A stretch of DNA of 64,000 bases, from assembly GCF_001194135.2 (NCBI RefSeq), contig NC_068991.1:40969278-41033277 (forward strand), read 5' to 3'. A model generated the notes under the pieces. The model was not told the origin of the DNA and did not search any database. It saw nothing but the letters and a program-made list of their open reading frames with translations. The position numbers and the translations under genes were made by a program. This stretch comes from Octopus bimaculoides. Lineage: Eukaryota. Shown here one piece after another: positions 41,200-54,380 of this stretch. Every line of letters starts with the position of its first letter. Within the stretch, counting starts at the first letter, position 1.

Positions 41200-41935
41200 T
41201 CAATCAATCCAACACATGCTCAGAAGGCTCTGTTGCATGTCAGGCACTAGTAGTCTGTTGCGACTGAAGGCAAGGAATTGACTCTGAACTTGCATAGTTC
41301 GTGTTTTCTTTGTGCCCCTGCAATCCTGTTCTGTTTGTAGTTGTACCTCTGTTGGTGCAGCTTCACCAAGCTGGGAAGTCTTGTGCTTACATTTCCAGGT
41401 GTCAGGGTTGATCTGAAAGCTCTTCAGTGAGGCTTTAAGCGTATCCTTGAAGTGCTTTTTCTGTTCACCTTGCATGCACTTACCTTTCGCCAGTTCACTG
41501 TAAAACAGTCTCTTGGGGAGATGTATGTCAGGCATTTGCACAAGGTGACCTGCCCATCTGACTTGTGCTCTCCTCAGCAGTGTATAAATAATTTGCAGAT
41601 CAGCTTGGGAGAGGACCTCCATGTCTGGGACCTTGTCTTGCCAAATGATCTTCAACAGCTTTCTCAGGCAGTTCATAAACCAGCCAAATCTCACACTGGT
41701 AGTACAACTGCTCGGTACACCTTCAGCTTGGTGGCCAGCCTAATGTCTGTCCTCTCCTTCACACTGATTCATGCAGCCACCCAAATGTTGACCCTCCCCC
41801 CATTGATGCATGTGTTGACTTCATCATTGTTCACAGATCTGGAGAGTGCTGCTGAGGTACTTATCAACCACCTTCAGGATTTCTCCTTTAACAGAGATAG
41901 TTGGTTTCACATACAGCTTCTGTGGGGCAGGCTGG
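41200..41935 (-). mobile_element. RTE-BovB-like LINE 3' fragment
   Basis: LRKLLKIIWQDKVPDMEVL...VRWAGHLVQMPDIHLPKRLFYSELAKG...KDTLKASLKSF (ORF 41200..41694). Confidence 0.9.
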
Positions 41936-42979
41936 TGCATGATGTATGTATGTATGTATGTATGTATGTGTGTGTATGTATGCATGTACAGTTTCATTAA
42001 ATATGTATCATAGGTACCCAAATTATGAAAAACTTGAGATAATTATTTCCTTTTTTCCTTCCACCAACTTCAATTAAATGTGAAATAAAACAATATCACC
42101 ATAATAAGCTGTATTATAATAATTCTGTGTGCAATAAACTATATTGTAATAATTCAACATATTTTCCTCTTTTGTAGGGAATCTGTTTTTTTAAAATGTA
42201 TCAAATGAATATAAGATTTAGTTAAATTCAAGATGTTTCTGTTTAGTGTGTAAACTTGGAGAGTTTTGTGCGTGTGTATGGGGGTGTGAGGGTGGGGGGG
42301 TGTAGTGTCTGTTATCCTCAATAGTAAACTTACTACAATGTATTTTTCCAGTTGTTTCTGTTCTTACAATATATCAGTATCAGTTTTAATTTAGATATAT
42401 TGATATCCATTCTCATGTAACAAGCAATATATTGACTGTCCTGGCTGAAACACATCTGTTGTCAGTTTAGTTTAATGTATGACTCTGTTATGTCTTATAG
42501 TAGTGTTAGTATATTTGTCTGCTGTCCCTAGATCAGTATATCACGCCATATATTCCTTTGTTTTTATTTTTATTTTTCCTATTTCACTTAACCATATTGT
42601 TTTGTTCAATTCCTTTTATTAGTTCTCTTTTTTCTTAATAGTTAGTTCCTTTTTTGCAAATTTCTTTGTTTATACCAGTAATAACTAGGTCATACTATTT
42701 TTAAAATAAGCCATCTTCTGTGACTACCACAATAACAACAAAATATAATTTCCATTTATACACTAAAAAATATAGATGGGTATAGTGTGTCTAATGTGTT
42801 GATCCTGCTTTCATGTTGAGATTGTAAAATATAAAAAAATTAAAAGATAAAAGGAAGAAAAAAGACATCTTTCCATTCTGTTACTGTTGTTTATATTTTA
42901 AATTTTATATATATATTTATTTCTTTGTTTTTGAAATTCTCTCTAATGACACCTAATCAAGAAAACTTTTCCCTTTCAG

Positions 42980-43119
42980 AAAGTTACTGGACGAGAATTG
43001 AAATACACAGCATTGATTGGCAAACCTAGTGAAATTACCTACCATCATGCTGACTACCTGCTGAGTCTCCAGGCCCAGAGCATAGGTATCAATGGAGTGC
43101 AGACAATCTACTGCATTGG
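42980..43119 (+). CDS. HDHD5: HDHD5 internal exon
   Basis: ccctttcag| ... |gtcagt; 140 nt, phase 0-2. KVTGRELKYTALIGKPSEITYHHADYLLSLQAQSIGINGVQTIYCI(G), with HAD motif III (GKP). Confidence 0.95.
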
Positions 43120-43334
43120 GTCAGTCTACAGCTGTATCACAGGTTATTTAATGGGAGTGGATTAGGATTGTTTTTGTTTTATTTTTAATAGTTGTTGTTT
43201 TACTCTAAGGACAGTGGACTTATGATATAAGCTGTTCTAGCTGTGAACATACTATCTTTTTGTATCTCAGGAACAACATTATCTAGTGTGTCATTCTGTT
43301 TCTAAAATAGAAGGATGTGATCAAGAAGGTAATG

Positions 43335-43580
43335 GGCTATTATTTCTAACTGATCAAGGCAGCAAGCTGGCAGAATTGTTAGAATGCTTGATAAAATGCT
43401 TAGTGGCATTTGTCTGTCTTTACATTCTGGGTTCAAATTCTGCCATGGTCAACTTTACTTTTCATCCCTTTCAGGGTCGTTAAAATAATTACCAATTGAA
43501 AACTAGGTCGATGTAATCAACTTACCCCCATCACTGAAATTGCTGGCCTTATGCCAAAATTTGAAACCCATTATTTCTAA
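43335..43580 (+). mobile_element. SINE copy
   Basis: Homologous to 6017-6230; flanked by a repeated tatttctaactgatcaa at about 43340 and 43572. Confidence 0.75.
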
Positions 43581-44829
43581 CTGATCAAACAACTACATAA
43601 AGATTCCTTCTCTTAGAAAAGTTGGGATAGTGCTCATAGTGTTTAGTCCATCCTAGATCAGGTGACTCAATAATACAAATAACTGCAGTTAACTTTTATC
43701 TGTTTGTTACATGTGAGAGGTTAGTGTCTGGAGGCAATGGAAGTTCCATAAAGGTACAGTATTAAGCAATATATAGTAGAGAGATTGAATGCAACAGATG
43801 GGCTTGGGTGGGATATAGTTATATTAAAAGTTAATGAAGCAAACTCCATTATACTACAAAAAACAATAGAAGTGCAGAGCCAGCTGGTTATATTTTAATG
43901 AAGTGACAACAAATACATCACTTGACAGGAATCAACATCATTAACATGCTCACTATTAAAATTATCAAAGCTGAGAAGTTACAAGAGATAAAATCATTTG
44001 ACTACCAAAGATTTAAAAATTTTGTCTTGACTGCCAAAAAAGTGAAGTCTCATTCTAGAAATAATTTTGCTGAGAGTTATAGGTAGGTGTGTAGTAAGAG
44101 GTAACTAGCTGGTAGATTGAAGGACCAGCTATTCATATTCGTTTATTGGTAATGCACTGTCACAAGCCAATGGTTAGATCTAAATAAATGTAGATATAAA
44201 GAGATACAATCCAGCATTGTATGCAATTAGCTGCAAGGAATTAGGCTGCTTTTATCTTTTTAAGATTGCAGTGCTCAGATCAAATCTCTCAAAACCTGCC
44301 TAATACTATTAGCATTGTAGTTGTCCTCAGTATTCCACAGCACTTACTGATAATAGTAATAAATAAAAGGAAAATATCAAAACATGATTTTTTTAGTTCA
44401 TACTATGATTTATATGTAGTCATGGAAAAGTATCTTGTATTTTACAGCATTTATAATATCCATATTTTGTAAGACAAATGGTAGCAAAGTGATAGAGAAA
44501 ATATGTCTAACTGTACTGTCTTCATAATTTACAGTACAGATTCCACTAAAATTAATTTTAATTTCATTTCCCCAGTATTGCTAGACATATACTGGGACCA
44601 ATTCAAGTCACTATAATCCTTCCTTGTGACCTTGTGCAAAAGTTAGAAATTGATATTTTATTATATAGTGTTATGGTCATTGTTGTGAGGTAGAATTTAT
44701 TTATTGGTGACTTGCTTTTGATTCTTGCGTTTTTTTTATTAGTTTGGTCAGGAAGAAGGAGTTGTACTGATGACCTTTGAAGGTTCTTTGAGATTATTGA
44801 GATCAACATAGTTAATGCTCCTCTTGAAT

Positions 44830-45240
44830 ATTTAAAGTTGACAGCTACCAGAAAAACATAGGCAAAAAAGGGAATTCCAGAGGACCAGCATTTAGAGAAG
44901 GACTAAACAGAGTGGTTAATGTAAGACCTGAGGTTAGAATCATAATATGGGGGACGAGAAGAATCAAATGAGTCAGGAAGAGATGGTTTAAGATCAGATA
45001 GTTCTGGCAAGCAGAGGCCACAGTAGTAGCAGTAGAAAAGACTGAAAGGAGAAAGAAGTGACAACAGATTTGTGAACCAGAGGTTGAAATGTTTTGGATG
45101 TCTGTGTATATATAGAGCAGCATCCCAGATGTGAGAGCAGTATTACAGTGTGGGTCTCACCTGAGCTTTGTAGAGGGTTTGTAGATGTTGGGGGATGAAG
45201 TATTTTCTGACCCTGAAGAGGAAGGACTATTTGTGATGAA
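44830..45240 (-). mobile_element. Decayed non-LTR retrotransposon RT C-terminal fragment (CR1/L2/Jockey group)
   Basis: Minus strand reads LYKAQVRPTL*YCSHIWDAA. Confidence 0.7.
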
Positions 45241-45453
45241 GTCATTTCACTTCATTTATATTTCTCTTGTCTTTGCAAAACATGAACATTATACAATCTC
45301 ACCCCCTTTGACTATAAATGTAACAATTTGTGTCAGTATAAGAAAGCAAGTTCATTTTTATAATAGAAAAGGTTAATTGTTTTAATCTATCTTCATATTA
45401 TTTTCAAAATATATATTGAAAACATATTGATAAATATATTTTATTTATTGCAG

Positions 45454-45874
45454 AGATAATCCAGAGACTGACATATATGGAGGGAATCTATATAACCGAT
45501 ATCTGCATTCTCGATCTGCAAAACAAAGAAAACAAGCCAAAAAGGTTCAGCAGTTAGCCAACACGACTAATTCTAGTATCAACTCGGACATGTCCAGTGT
45601 TGACGAACTGATGGACACTGAGGACACCGTAATAGATCTGATGTCTTCAGGGACAGATGAAAGTATTATCCTTACTGACAAGTCTGTGTCAATACTTGTC
45701 TGTACTGGAGTGTACACAACTGACAGTGATTTTGTAACGTATGGAGGAAAAGAAATCTCAAACCATAATCACCGAGACTTTGTACTTGACAGTGAACTGA
45801 AGAAACCAACCTATGTTACCCAAAATGTACTAGAAGCTGTCAAGTTAGTATTTGAGAAAGAAAATTATCATTAA
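45454..45874 (+). CDS. HDHD5: HDHD5 terminal coding exon
   Basis: tttattgcag| acceptor; (G)DNPETDIYGGNLYNRY...SVSILVCTGVY...HNHRDF...NVLEAVKLVFEKENYH then TAA at 45872-45874. Motif IV GDNxxxD present. The seven exons total 1233 nt = 411 codons including the stop. Confidence 0.95.
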
Positions 45875-46146
45875 TTTGTAATGAATATGTTGTTAAAAAG
45901 GTAAACGAACAAAAAACAAATTATAATTCTGACACTTCTAGTCACTCAGTAGTTTTATTTATTCCCCCATCCCTGCCCCAGTCCTTCGACTTTGACTGAA
46001 TTTATTTTATGAAAATCTGTTTACTTAGAGAAACACGTTTTAGTGTTTTTTGTTTCATTTTGAAATTACAATCACATTCAAAAACATGCATTTAACACAC
46101 ACAAGTATACTTATATGTGTATATACATGTCTGTATATATGCATAT

Positions 46147-46208
<62 letters not shown>

Positions 46209-46319
46209 CATACACAAACATACACACAAACAATGTGTGTATGTATGTGTTTATGTTTATAACTCAGCATACATATGTAAACAATACTTTCAAAAGAAAG
46301 AAAAATGAAAAAAATTTGC

Positions 46320-46389
46320 CTCCCTGGAGGGAATTGAACCGGATGTTTTTTGTGTCCAGGCAAGCATGCTAAGCATTTCACTATGAGGA
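46320..46389 (-). pseudogene. Degenerate tRNA-like sequence (tRNA-Asp-like pseudogene or SINE head)
   Basis: Minus strand TCCTCATAGTGAAATGCTTAGCATGCTTGCCTGGACAC...CCGGTTCAATTCCCTCCAGGGAG has a B-box/T-loop and tRNA-Asp-like ends, but the stems are broken. Confidence 0.4.
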
Positions 46390-46567
46390 TATTACCTCAT
46401 CCTTCCTGGAAGTAAGCGTGTTTCTCTGCTTCCTTAGAGTTTACTTGATCATGATTCATCTAGAAATTTACTCAGTAACTCAACTGTTCACTGGTAATGT
46501 GTTTATTGTCAGCTGATGAATGTAAAATGTTGTACCTTGATTTGAAGTATAGAAGAGAATGTTTCCC

Positions 46568-46579
46568 AATAAAAATAAA
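46568..46579 (+). terminator. Candidate HDHD5 polyadenylation signal (tandem AATAAA)
   Basis: aataaaaataaa about 700 nt after the stop codon. Sequence motif only; no transcript evidence. Confidence 0.35.
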
Positions 46580-46744
46580 CTAAACCATGAAATAGCACCA
46601 TAGATGCTTGGTCAGCAGATGCCTGGGTCAATTCCAAATAAAGAACATGTTTTTTTTCTCTACTTTCCTAATTGTATTTTATTTTACATGTCTAATATTA
46701 TTTTCATACATATCTCACTTATTATTATTTCAGTATTTATTGAA

Positions 46745-47145
46745 ATGTAGCCGTGTGGTAAGAAGCTTGCTTCCCAACCACATGCTTCCAAGTTCAGTCC
46801 CACTGCATGGCACCTTGGGAAAGTGTCTTCTACTATAGTCTTGTGAGTGGTTTGGTGAAGGGAAACTGAAAGAAGCCCATCATATATATGTGTGTGTGTG
46901 TGTGTGTATGTATGTATATATCTGTGTACATATCTTTGTCTGTTTTTGTTCCCATTCATTGCTTGACAACCGATGTTGGTGTGTTTATGTCCCCATAACT
47001 TAGTGGTTCAGCAAAAGTGATGATAGAATAAGTAATAGGCTTTAAAAAAATAAGTCCTGGGGTCGATTTGCTCAACTAAAACCCTTTGTGGCAGTACTCC
47101 AGCATGACCACAATCAAATGACTGAAACAAGTAATAGAATAAAAG
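46745..47145 (+). mobile_element. SINE, near full length
   Basis: Head gccgtgtggtaagaagcttgcttcccaacc, central (TG)n, tail gactgaaacaagtaatagaataaaag. Confidence 0.8.
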
Positions 47146-47534
47146 AAAAAATATATGAAATGTGGAATTATGGAAAAACACATTTGCATGTTATATACAT
47201 ATAACAGTCATTCATTAAGAATTAGTTAATCCATCTCAAACCTACAGATTCATTTAAACTGGAGCTTATCCCAATTTCTGAGACATATAAGCAACTGAGA
47301 GTATAAAACTCCTCTACCCTCTGGATGGGAAACAAGTCTGTCAGAAGGTTAACCCCCCAGCTCCTGTTGCAGGTACTCTCAACATAGCCACCCCATTTGA
47401 AAATTGAAAAGATGAATTTACAACCATGAGCCCAACATGCTGATCTCTAAGGCATGTGATTAGAGGTTAGAGTGTTGGGCTTACATTTAATTGATACATA
47501 GAAAGAGAGAGGTACATGTAAACTAATTCATAAA

Positions 47535-47840
47535 TAATCCTTTCTACTATAGGCATAGGGCCTGAAATTTTTGGTGGTAGTGGGGGAGGGAGATAGTCAA
47601 TTACATCAACTCCAGTACCCTACTGCTACTTATTTTATAAACCCCAAAAGGATGAAAGGCAAAGTTGACCTCAGTGGGGTTGCAGATTTAGGCACAAGCC
47701 CAGAAATTTTGAGGGAAAAAGGTTAGTTAGTTGATATACCATTAGCCCCACTGCTTAACTGGTTCTTCATTTTATTCTGAAAGGATGAATAACAAAATTG
47801 ACCTAGGTGGGATTTGAATTCAGAACATATAGAGTCTGAA
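47535..47840 (-). mobile_element. Two tandem SINE fragments
   Basis: Each has aggcatagg/aggcacaag...gaaattt...aaggatgaa...aagttgacc, the reverse complement of the 6017 family. Confidence 0.65.
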
Positions 47841-50144
47841 GAAAACAATATCCTAAACATGTAATATAGAGTAAGTAATACCAAAACTTTTTTTCAGTTT
47901 TCTGTTTTAGTATATATACATATATATATATTCTGTTTCCTACATTGATTACAGTCATAACTGTTGTTTAATAACAAACAGCAGTACAATGACATATTCA
48001 ATATATATAAATTCAAGAATCCCCAGATGTGCTCACTGTTCCTTAACCTCAAGATCGTTTAGCAGGTTTTCAACAGACTCATGTAAATTTCCCCATGAAT
48101 TTTTTCAGTGTGTACACATCAGTAGTTTCTGTCAGTGACCAGCTGGAGTCAGTCGTGTAGACAGTAGTAGCTACTGAGTTGTCATTATCACAGTCTGCAT
48201 TTCATATATGTTCCTTGTCAAGAATGACATCTTTAGGATGAAACTAATCCTGTTACACAGCACCTTGAACAAGTGTCTTTTACTATTGCTCCACTGACCG
48301 AAGCCTTTTGAATGGATATCATAGACAAAAACTGAAATATTTTCATATGTGCGTGTGTGTGTGCATGCATGTTTGTCTGAGTATTTGTTTACATTGTCAG
48401 TCACTTGTGCAAAAGTGCAGCACATAATGTTGTTATTACTTTCTCCTGTCAACAAACTGTCTGAACATTTCATGCCTTTGAACCTGTGTAGAATATATAA
48501 TTTCTCACTTGAAAAACAAGTAAGCTAGTGTCATGAATGACGTCTGACTGTAAAATGATGCCTCAAATAGCATGTTCAACCAAGCCATGCAAGTCTGAAA
48601 AAACAGATGTATGATGAACAATGTGCATCATCATTATCATCATCGTAATCATTTTGCATTCTCTTTACATGCTGGCATAGGTTGGATGGGTTGTCACTAT
48701 CTGAATCATTTCATTTTGGGATCTACTGCTTATAAAGGTTGATGCTTGTGTATATCATTTGGCTTGGTTTCAACAGTTGGATGCCTTTCCCAACATCCTC
48801 CACAGAGGGTGCATTTTCTCATGCTACCAACACTAGAGTACTCATGGATCCTGTTCAAGTGACCTAAGGAAAGGCTAAGAGCAAAGAAGAAAGATATTAG
48901 GTGTGTCAGAATGGGTGAGAAAGTGAAAGGAGCAAGATGATGATGAGAAAAGGAAGTAAGAAAAGTAAGGGTGGGTTATCAGATAAAGGCAAGAATAAGT
49001 ATTGGCTTATGCGAGTAATATGAAAATTTGTAAATACAGATATTTTTTGTTAATTTTACATTAACATCACAATTTAGTGGGATTATTTGTTTTACACACA
49101 TTTTGGTACCAACTGCTAACACACCCTGATGTAATTATGTAGTATTTCAGTAGACACTCACATACATTCCTTCATTTAACACACAATTTTTGTAAGTGTA
49201 GGGTTAATTGATAGCCATTATTAGACACATTACTATGTATCCAATGATGGTGTAATGATGTGATGCTGTTATACTAAAAACTTTTTATCAAATACAGATT
49301 TCAAGGCTATGGAGAAAAAAAAGAATAAATGTGTAATTACAGCATTAGATTTAATTCTCAAGAAGCATTTGTTCTTCTTTGAACAGCTACTAATATTTCT
49401 ACTTTGATCAATTGCTGATTCTTTATGAAGTTATTTAGCTCTCAGACATACTTTTTTCTATCACTGACGTTTTCTACTACATCTGCTCCTTTAAACTAGT
49501 AAGTTACATACATGCATAAAACATTCATCTCTTCTTCTTTCATCACCTCTGCTATGTTCTCAACTTCTAGGCTTTGCACTAAACACTTTTACCATTTCCT
49601 TCTCCAGCAAAACTGCAGCCTTCTGAAAATGCTTCCCCACTCACATTTCTTCATGGAGATAGATCTGCAATGCTTAAACTGAATAATCATATTCATATTA
49701 CCACAGATGAACTCATGAAAAACATTCGTACATAGACATTCAAACCCATTCCACATATAACACACTACCACATGCATGCACACACACACACATTTCCTCT
49801 CTTAATTTGTTGAGATGAAGAAGCTTGTTTATCCTGACATATCAAGAGTTACACTTTCTGGATTCTTGTAAGATCACTTATGTTGGTATAGTTCAGGGTT
49901 TTAGACAAATATCAGAGAAATTCCATATGAGAGAAGAGAACATAACTTTTTAACTTAAGCATTTCTTCCTGTGTATTAATGACACATTCTTAGAATCAGT
50001 TTGTGAATGCTCATCTGATTTGAATTTTCTTTAACCATGTTTAATACCAACCTGAGAGCAACTCTGATTCTATGATACAAAATTTTCTATTTTAAAGTGT
50101 TTCTATTTAAATGAAATGCTCCGCCATAATTTTATGCAAGGTGC

Positions 50145-50520
50145 AGGCATGGCTGTGTGATAAGAAGCTTAGTTCCCAACCACATGGTTTTAAGTTGAGT
50201 CCCACTACACAGCACATTAGGCAAGTGTCTTCTGCTATAGCCCCAGGTGGACCAAAGCCTTGTGATTGGATTTGGTAGATGGAAACTGAAAGAAGCTGGT
50301 TATGTGGGTGGGGGGTGCATGTTTGTTTAACTGTCTTCTTTCCCTGACTTCATGTGATAGTTGTAAACAAATGTCACTATCATGCAAGCAGTATCCTTCA
50401 TTTTCAATCATTCATGAAAACATGACTGGTCATAGGGAATATTATCTTACTGGGAAACAGGTGAGGTTAGTGACAGGAAGGGCATCCACTTGTGGAAAAT
50501 CTGCCTCAACAAATTCCATC
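50145..50520 (+). mobile_element. SINE copy
   Basis: Head ggcatggctgtgtgataagaagcttagttcccaacc; body shared with 15298-15660. Confidence 0.7.
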
Positions 50521-51289
50521 TTATGATGATGAATCTTTTCTATTCCCAAAAAAAAAAATTATTGAAGACGTTAGTTACTGTACAAACAAAATAACTCCAA
50601 ATTATTGATTATTTTCAAGATTTATTAAAATACATAAGCTCATTATTTTTGTTAGTTTAAATAAAGGATACATTGGACAGTGCATTTCTACATGCTCCTA
50701 AAGAGACAGAAGGGTTATAGCTGGAATATTTTCAGTCAAAGGTGCTGCTCCATCAGAGCTGATCTGGAGCTAAGCAACAGCAATGGCAACTTACTGTACA
50801 AAGCAACAAGGGAGCTTCTATGTGGTTGTTTGACCTATTAGAAACAGCAACCAAATCTCACTGAAATTACACCATGTCATATTAGAAAACAGGGAAGGAA
50901 ACATTGGATAATCAAGTCCTTGGTACACTATCTGAAATGAAAAATAAAAACACAGTATGGTCAATATGCTGTCTGAAGAAAGAACAGACACTGTATCTTT
51001 CAAAAATTCCAAATTTCCACATTTGTCAAAAATTCCAGATTTCCACATTTCCAAATTTGTCCACACTGCTCATTATGTTCCTATGCACCCTTTCCTCTTC
51101 ATGGCTCTTTTACTGTTCATTTTTCTGTCTTCTATTTTATCCTATATACTATGTTGTCATTACTGTCTTTCTTTACTTGACTTACTGCTGCTTTCTGTCC
51201 CTTCTTTTACTCTTTTCCAAAGAATTACAGAACACCTGAGTACTGTAAACAACAATCACGTCATTATTGAGTTAGAAGAATCATTAGAG

Positions 51290-52990
51290 CATTGGAAATG
51301 TAGAAGGAATGGCAAAAATAAGAATGCCTTTACCGAGAGACGAATTTAGAGCAGAGTATACAGCTTCAATTCCAGAAAGACTCCTATTGCTATGCTACTT
51401 GCATCACACCATATGACCCCTTTCTTTGTTTGTGGTACACACCAGCTGCCCTTCACTGGATTCTCCCCTCTCACTCTCTTCAAAACATCTTGCATTATTA
51501 TGACTGTTTTCTCTCCCATTTTTATCAACCCACTTCATTCCTTCAGCTTGCTTCTTGATGTAGCTACATGCCACTCATAGCCATCCTGCAACAGAGCAGT
51601 GTCCTACCATCACATTATGACAATAGCTCTTGTCTATTCATATCCTTGCGTCAGTCTGGGATCTCATTTCCTTTCTGATACACAAGCCTGCCTACTTTAT
51701 CTCATTTTAAGCTTGAGCTCCAGTGCCAAGCTTCCATCTGTGGCCTCTGGCAGTTTTGCAGTCAACCTGAACCTTCTCAGATGACCCATAATTTCCTCTG
51801 CAGATACTACACTCTCATTTACCAGGATATCAGTGTAGGAACTAGCAGCCTGCTTCATCTTGGCCTCATTCACCAAGATTGCCTTGAAAACCTTCACCAT
51901 GGTTTTTGGTGCTGAACTTAACTGAACCCCAGCTGAATCAGACAGTACATACTGCCTTTGTGCCTCACTAGCTGGTACCTCCACAATTCTTCAGATACAC
52001 GAAGCTGCAGATATATGCCAACTTGAGGTCAACAATCATAGTTGCCCCTGTCATTCACCTCCACTCCTGCAAAGTCTTCCCACATACATCTGCCATTTCA
52101 TCACCCATATGGCAAGACACACACTCATTCAGCTCATGAAAATTTAGCACCAGTTGAAGTTTGTTCTTTGTCGGCTGAACTACAGTCATCAGCAGCAGCA
52201 TACTACGTGTCACTTCCTCTTCTCACAGTATCAAAATGCCCACATCCTTCCATCTGTCCACTCTTCTGTTGAACCTGTCCCAAGCCTCTCCTTTCAGAGT
52301 GTGTTTGTAGCAAATCGTCCTGATTCTTAGTTTTGGGGTGGGTTGTTCATTCCAAAAATACTACACTGTTCATCATTTACCATCAAACTCAGCCTGGAAG
52401 TCCTCATCTTTGAAATAGCCTAAAGTATTCCCTCTCTCTGAAGGCAAACTGTCACTCCTACAGCCTTCTTTCTCTACTCCACACTTACAGCATGCAACAT
52501 AACAGTCACTAAATTCCTCACCTGTCTTGCCATTCATTACACCACCCAACCAGACAATCACATACATTCCCAACACCATCCACTACCTCTTCGACTACAA
52601 TTACCTGTAGTGTCATCAACATCCCTTGTACCTTTAGGTCTGTTTCATAGATGCCCCTGCACCTAACCTCCACCGCACTGAGGTTAGTTTTTCCTCTTCG
52701 GCTCTCAACCATTTTTATGGTCACTAGAGTTGTACAAGCCATATTGACAAGCTCACATTTCCCTTGTCCCCACCACCAGTGACGAAAAGTGACTTGGAAA
52801 TCAAGGTGTGCAGTCCATGATATAGGCCAATCACTTTGTCTGCAAATGTATTATGAACTAGTTTTAATGTGAGGAACTGCACTTCTACCAACAGGCCATG
52901 CTTTGGGCTTGATACTCCTCTCAACTGGACTTGATGTTTCCTCATTAGCAATACCAGGCAACAGGCCTGCCATGATGACTATTATGAGTT
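51290..52990 (-). mobile_element. Gypsy LTR retrotransposon remnant (gag end, protease, RT, RNase H start, LTR fragment)
   Basis: Minus ORFs 52724..52951, 52518..52742, 51697..51984 (SYTDILV, decayed YxDD) and 51346..51528 (IWCDASSIAIG). 51301-51370 is homologous to the LTR at 57595-57652. Confidence 0.85.
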
Positions 52991-53029
52991 ACAAGAAAAA
53001 TCTGAGAAAAGGATAGAACCTATAAATAA

Positions 53030-54380
53030 TGAGCTATTTAAAATTTATTTATCAGTCAGTTCAATTGTTCATTACTTTTTGGCAAATTCATTGATCACTT
53101 AGCTATAAAATGTATCAGCACCACACTCTGCCTTCATCTCCTTTAAAAGATCTATATTCATGGAAATAAAGACCAAATAACTCATATACCTCATATAATT
53201 ATTTATTCACTTTAATGAAGAAAGTAATTTCTCACAGGAAGCAGATATGGTAGGTATGGCCAGAATCAGACATAGTAATTTTGTTGCTTCTGCCAGAGCT
53301 TGGTTTAGTTCAAGCTCCCATATTATGTCTGCAACTTCTTAGATGCATCACACTTGTTTTGCAAAATCTGCAGTATAAACTGATTTCAGCTCGCAATTCA
53401 ATCCATCTAAATCCAATATGTTTTTATAGACTTCCAAAGATGAAAATACTTCCATTGAAAATGTTTTTTATAAGTATGAAAATGCTTGGGATTCAACAGT
53501 TCTACAAATCTGAACTCAAAGTTTTAAAACATGATTGTTTTTAAATCTTTACTCAATATGAACAACTTTATGCAAAATGCTATTAAACAATTTTTTTAAA
53601 ACAGTTTCTGGTTCTTGACATTGACCTCACTTCTCTGGTGGTTCAGCAGCACCATCCAGAACCCAGTAGTAAAATTCTTCAAACCTGTTGTTCTTCATAT
53701 TGTGCTGAAGCCTGTTATTTGAATCCTTTTCACTCAATTATCAGTTCACTATCATGAATTATTTACAATTGGAGCATATGATCTTAATGTGGACACTATT
53801 TATTGACCAATCAGTTTTCAGATCCGACTACCAGTTAGAACATCATCTCAAGAGTCCTTGAAATGTGTACTCTTTTCTCCAATTAAATAGTTTAGCACTA
53901 AAAACCAACCAGAGCCTTCATGGCATTTGAAGAGAACACAACTTGGCTCTCAAATTAATGATAAAGCTTCAACAAGCTTCAACAGTCTTGCATCTTCAAG
54001 ATAATTAATAACCAAGCAAACAGTTAAGTCGATCTTTATATCCTAGTCTCTCTACCAGTGAGGTTTTGATAACTTATGTATGTATTCATGTTCAGCCTCC
54101 CATTAAATAAATTTGATGTTAAATTTTCAAGAGTTTTGCTTTTGTTTGTAATAAATGCAACTAGCCTAATCTCATGCCGTGATTAATACAATTATACCTA
54201 CCAATACCAATTGTTTTTTGAAATTCTCAACCTCACGAATATACCTCAAAATATCAAGTGGACTTTTTGAAGAATCAAAAACAAGAATCTCTGAGCCACT
54301 CAACATGGTTTCAAATATCACTAATAAAAATTTAAACTGAAAATCTAGGATTGCAATGAGTCCTCTTGCCTGTACTCCAA
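53030..54380 (-). mobile_element. hAT-superfamily transposase remnant (C-terminal dimerisation domain)
   Basis: Minus strand: ATKLLCLILAIPTISASCEKLLSSLK*INNYMR (hATC-type motif), then FYS*VINEFAKK; upstream GVQARGLIAILDFQF. Many stops. Confidence 0.75.

Noticed and set aside
48436-48483. Minus-strand terminal-exon candidate VQRHEMFRQFVDRRK*, faintly like the end of ribosomal protein L33
   Set aside because: It sits in what appears to be a diverged SINE body (48250-48540), the linking KL..YDP exon was not found, and the splice phase does not match MRPL33 as I recall it.
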